The notes under the pieces were generated by a model. The model was not told where the DNA came from and searched no databases. It worked only from the letters and a program-made list of their open reading frames with translations. Of a stretch of DNA of 64,000 bases, positions 61,430 to 64,000 are shown piece after piece; the stretch's first letter is position 1; each line of letters begins with the position of its first letter. Source of the DNA: a virus; the IMG/VR virus record IMGVR_UViG_3300037789_000060; one strand, 5' to 3'. Made by a program: the position numbers and the translations under genes.

Positions 61430-62473
61430 TTGGTAGCTGAAACGGAAAAAAACATGAGTGAACCAGTTATCGATGAATTACCGCCGTCAACTATGCCGAG
61501 TCATGTTTCATTCTACCTAAAAGGCTTTCATGATGAGGATGTTGGAAGACGCCTCGCATACGCGGTTGCAGATGTTATCCGCGAAGTCGGGGCCTTTATA
61601 GATCTGACAAAACTCGACGGAGTAACAATTGCGAAAAATTACGATGAAGCTCTGACCGAACTAGACCGGGGGGTGGACTGTTTAAGGCCGCTGACGCGAT
61701 CAAACACCGAAGAGATGCAAGGCATAGCGATGACTCCGGCTGTCATACGCGAAGGTGTTGTAAAGTCCCACATCGTTTTCAATGCTGCCCATGTCGTTCC
61801 TCTGATTTCGGACGAAACGACGACAGCTGACCGGCTCCACATCTATGGTCTAATTTGCCACGAATGTGCACACGTCGAAATCACGGCTGCAAAAGAAGAG
61901 GCAATCCCCGAGGCTCGGTTTGGAACCGATATCAAGGGCTATGAGCATGGTGTGATGTACCAAATCGCAGAGCTCTGCTGGGACGAATACGCTGCATGTC
62001 GAATGTCAGCCAAGTTCGATCCTAATCAAAATCAAAGCTATGCGGAGATTATTTTGGCATCAGTCGCGGTGGCGCGGGAAAACTCTGACGCGGCTATTCG
62101 TTCATATCGGATTCATGGCGACGTGAATCAGCTTGTTTCAGAAGCTGGACAATGGCTTCATCGACCCATTAAAGCATCGGTGTATTTGCTTGGCGGCATG
62201 GATGCGGTAGATGCGGGTTGGGAACAATTCCCGGAGGTCAAAGAAGCGCTTGAAGATAAGAATTATCTCCAACTCGTTGAGAAGCTCTGGGCCGAATTGC
62301 AGGATATATGGGACAGCCGAGAAAATTGGGGGCCATCTCTCGGCGTTTTTGCTGGTTTGGAAGCCATCGCCAAGGAGGTCTTTGATGATGGCGGCATAAT
62401 ATTCAGAACTGATCATAACGGCGAGTGCAGAATTGATGTGCCTTTCACGCCACAGACCATGCCGTTTGACTAG
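61430..62473 (+). CDS. Hypothetical HExxH (putative metallopeptidase-like) protein
   Basis: LICHECAHVE followed by a downstream WDEYAA; TTG start uncertain. Confidence 0.65.
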   Translation: MVAETEKNMSEPVIDELPPSTMPSHVSFYLKGFHDEDVGRRLAYAVADVIREVGAFIDLTKLDGVTIAKNYDEALTELDRGVDCLRPLTRSNTEEMQGIAMTPAVIREGVVKSHIVFNAAHVVPLISDETTTADRLHIYGLICHECAHVEITAAKEEAIPEARFGTDIKGYEHGVMYQIAELCWDEYAACRMSAKFDPNQNQSYAEIILASVAVARENSDAAIRSYRIHGDVNQLVSEAGQWLHRPIKASVYLLGGMDAVDAGWEQFPEVKEALEDKNYLQLVEKLWAELQDIWDSRENWGPSLGVFAGLEAIAKEVFDDGGIIFRTDHNGECRIDVPFTPQTMPFD

Positions 62474-62609
62474 TGCCCGATACACATGACTTGCAGAGCT
62501 ATAGGTGTGATGACGAACCTATTGAGCGCAGCCAGATCCCACTTACTCGACTTATTTGTTTTATTTAGATTCCCATGTGGTTATCTATTGGAGCAACGCG
62601 AGGACAAGC

Positions 62610-62714
62610 TCATGTGTGATTGGTTCTGGAGAATTTGCTGACAGTCCAAGGCACCAGTGTCCACATCCCAACATGCCACTGCAACACTGGTCGCCGTTGT
62701 CCACCCATGGTCAC
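62610..62714 (-). pseudogene. Truncated N-terminal remnant of a Dam-family adenine methyltransferase
   Basis: GTG overlapping the C5-MTase stop; RPVLQWHVGMWTLVPWTVSKF resembles RPVLRWHGGKW.LAPWII.HF; stops after 34 codons. Confidence 0.6.
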
Positions 62715-64000
62715 CACCCGCCTGCTTGTTCAAGCGGTAGTGGCTCGAGGTCTGGCTGTGGCGCCGTCTTGTTGATGAACTGACAGTTTGCCTTGGCCAG
62801 TGCTTCCGCCATCGCTGGTGGAACAGAGTTGCCGCAATTCCGGATTTGGTCGGCCTTGCTGATCTTCCGCCCATTGTGGGTGATGTCGATTTTGTAATCT
62901 TTTGGAAACCCCTGAGCATTGAAGAGCTCCCGCGGCTGCAGCATGCGCATGCAGATATCTTCAACCACGTAGGTTTCACCGTTCAAATTCACCGTCACAA
63001 GACTGAACCTGTGCTTTGTGGTCACGGTGTGAATGGGTTCCCGAAGAAATGGGTTGCCATCAGTCCCATAGTATTTATTCAAGAAAGCAGCCACGATCGC
63101 TGACTTGCCCCCGCCGCCGGCTGTAGTTGTGGCGAGCGGTTCGTCTGTGCCATGACCGACACCCTGGCCAAACTGTCGAGAGATGTGGGTTGCGACAAGA
63201 GCGTGCTTCATTCCGCCTGCAGTGACAGTCTTCAGCGGCGCATCAGGGTCTCCAGCACTTCCGTTTTTGTCAGAGGAATAGAAATGACTGAGGTTTGCCG
63301 TGACGACTTGGGTCTGCGATCCAGTCGCTGTCACTGTTGCAAGCGGTTCCTTGATATCCCGCCCAATCAGGCCGGTATTGTGCTGGGCCATATATGCAGC
63401 GACATGGGCTTCAGGTACTATCTTGGAGGTGATCAGAACATTCTGATCCTTTCGGCTGGCAGTCACAGTGTGCATCGGGTCTTCAACGGATCTGTTTGCG
63501 CCGCCATGTTGTGCGTAGCTCAGATACGGGGTGACCAGTGCATGTGCATCCCTGGCAGCCGTGACGGTCTTCATCGGCTCGTCAATGCTCCAGCCGCGCT
63601 GCCATGCGCCGCCATGGTTCAAAGTCACCACGAATGGCTCAGATGCTTCCAAAACATATCGAACGACGCCCTTGGCAATCCGAGCCATAGTGTTGGGAGC
63701 AAGCGGACGCTTTACCCCAATTTTTCGACCTTCTTCTTTCGATAGAAAAATTGAGTGGCATGGCAGTGACCAGTCGATCACTTCATCGGCTGTTGTCAGG
63801 TATGGCTTCTGGACTTTGGCCTTGACCAATGGTGAATCAGGATGCCCATGTGTTGGTTCAGGCCAGACAATAGGCTCGCCATCGCGGCGGGCAATGAGAA
63901 ACAATCTCTTCCTGATGGTTGGGGCGCCATAGTCGCAGGCGCGCAGTTCCCGCCATTCGACCTTGTATCCCAGGCGGCGCAACTCGCCGACCCATTTGTC
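62711..64000 (-). CDS. DNA (cytosine-5) methyltransferase, 3' part (5' end beyond the window)
   Basis: GYKVEWRELRACDYGAPTIRKRLFLIAR, RMLQPRELFNAQGFP..Y, CGNSVPP; long repetitive TRD insert. Confidence 0.92.
   Translation of the reverse strand, partial: DKWVGELRRLGYKVEWRELRACDYGAPTIRKRLFLIARRDGEPIVWPEPTHGHPDSPLVKAKVQKPYLTTADEVIDWSLPCHSIFLSKEEGRKIGVKRPLAPNTMARIAKGVVRYVLEASEPFVVTLNHGGAWQRGWSIDEPMKTVTAARDAHALVTPYLSYAQHGGANRSVEDPMHTVTASRKDQNVLITSKIVPEAHVAAYMAQHNTGLIGRDIKEPLATVTATGSQTQVVTANLSHFYSSDKNGSAGDPDAPLKTVTAGGMKHALVATHISRQFGQGVGHGTDEPLATTTAGGGGKSAIVAAFLNKYYGTDGNPFLREPIHTVTTKHRFSLVTVNLNGETYVVEDICMRMLQPRELFNAQGFPKDYKIDITHNGRKISKADQIRNCGNSVPPAMAEALAKANCQFINKTAPQPDLEPLPLEQAGGW

Larger units (their letters stand above)
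1..64000. mobile_element. Temperate-type myophage genome/prophage (lambda-like head, P2-like contractile tail), alphaproteobacterial host
   Basis: Continuous phage modules across the window: cI/cro, recombination, DnaB, terminase, portal, capsid, baseplate, sheath, tube, tape measure, lysis. GcrA homolog and GTTC-N7-GTTC boxes point to Alphaproteobacteria. Confidence 0.95.

Overview
The whole 64 kb is one temperate-type tailed phage (prophage or circularly permuted genome) of an alphaproteobacterium. No host housekeeping genes, integrase, tRNA, rRNA or CRISPR array were seen. Layout: (i) leftward early operon, 1-12.5 kb: ASCH, PAPS-reductase, CtrA-like wHTH, DUF4326, DUF5131, J-domain, RecD-like helicase, two DEDDh exonucleases, RecT, RecE-like nuclease, GcrA, SMC-like ATPase; (ii) cI/cro switch with TTAAG-N5-CTTAA (= TTAA-N7-TTAA, CtrA-box-like) operators; (iii) rightward operon: MT-A70, GapR-like, RuvC-like, DnaB, putative late activator; (iv) an 11.5-kb minus-strand accessory operon (DUF4942 methyltransferase, MoxR/VWA pair, beta-clamp, many small genes) in which 12 genes carry the same covarying mini-hairpin just 5' of the Shine-Dalgarno; (v) a 1.3-kb non-coding region with repeats and a candidate ori/cos; (vi) lambda-like head plus P2-like contractile tail with a -1 frameshifted chaperone; (vii) lysis genes; (viii) right-end cargo: a LexA-boxed small Zn-finger gene, a thermonuclease, a CdnE+Cap15 CBASS whose cyclase has one in-frame TAG, an HExxH protein, a dam remnant and a C5 methyltransferase. 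All family calls come from motif recognition by eye; no database searches were run.
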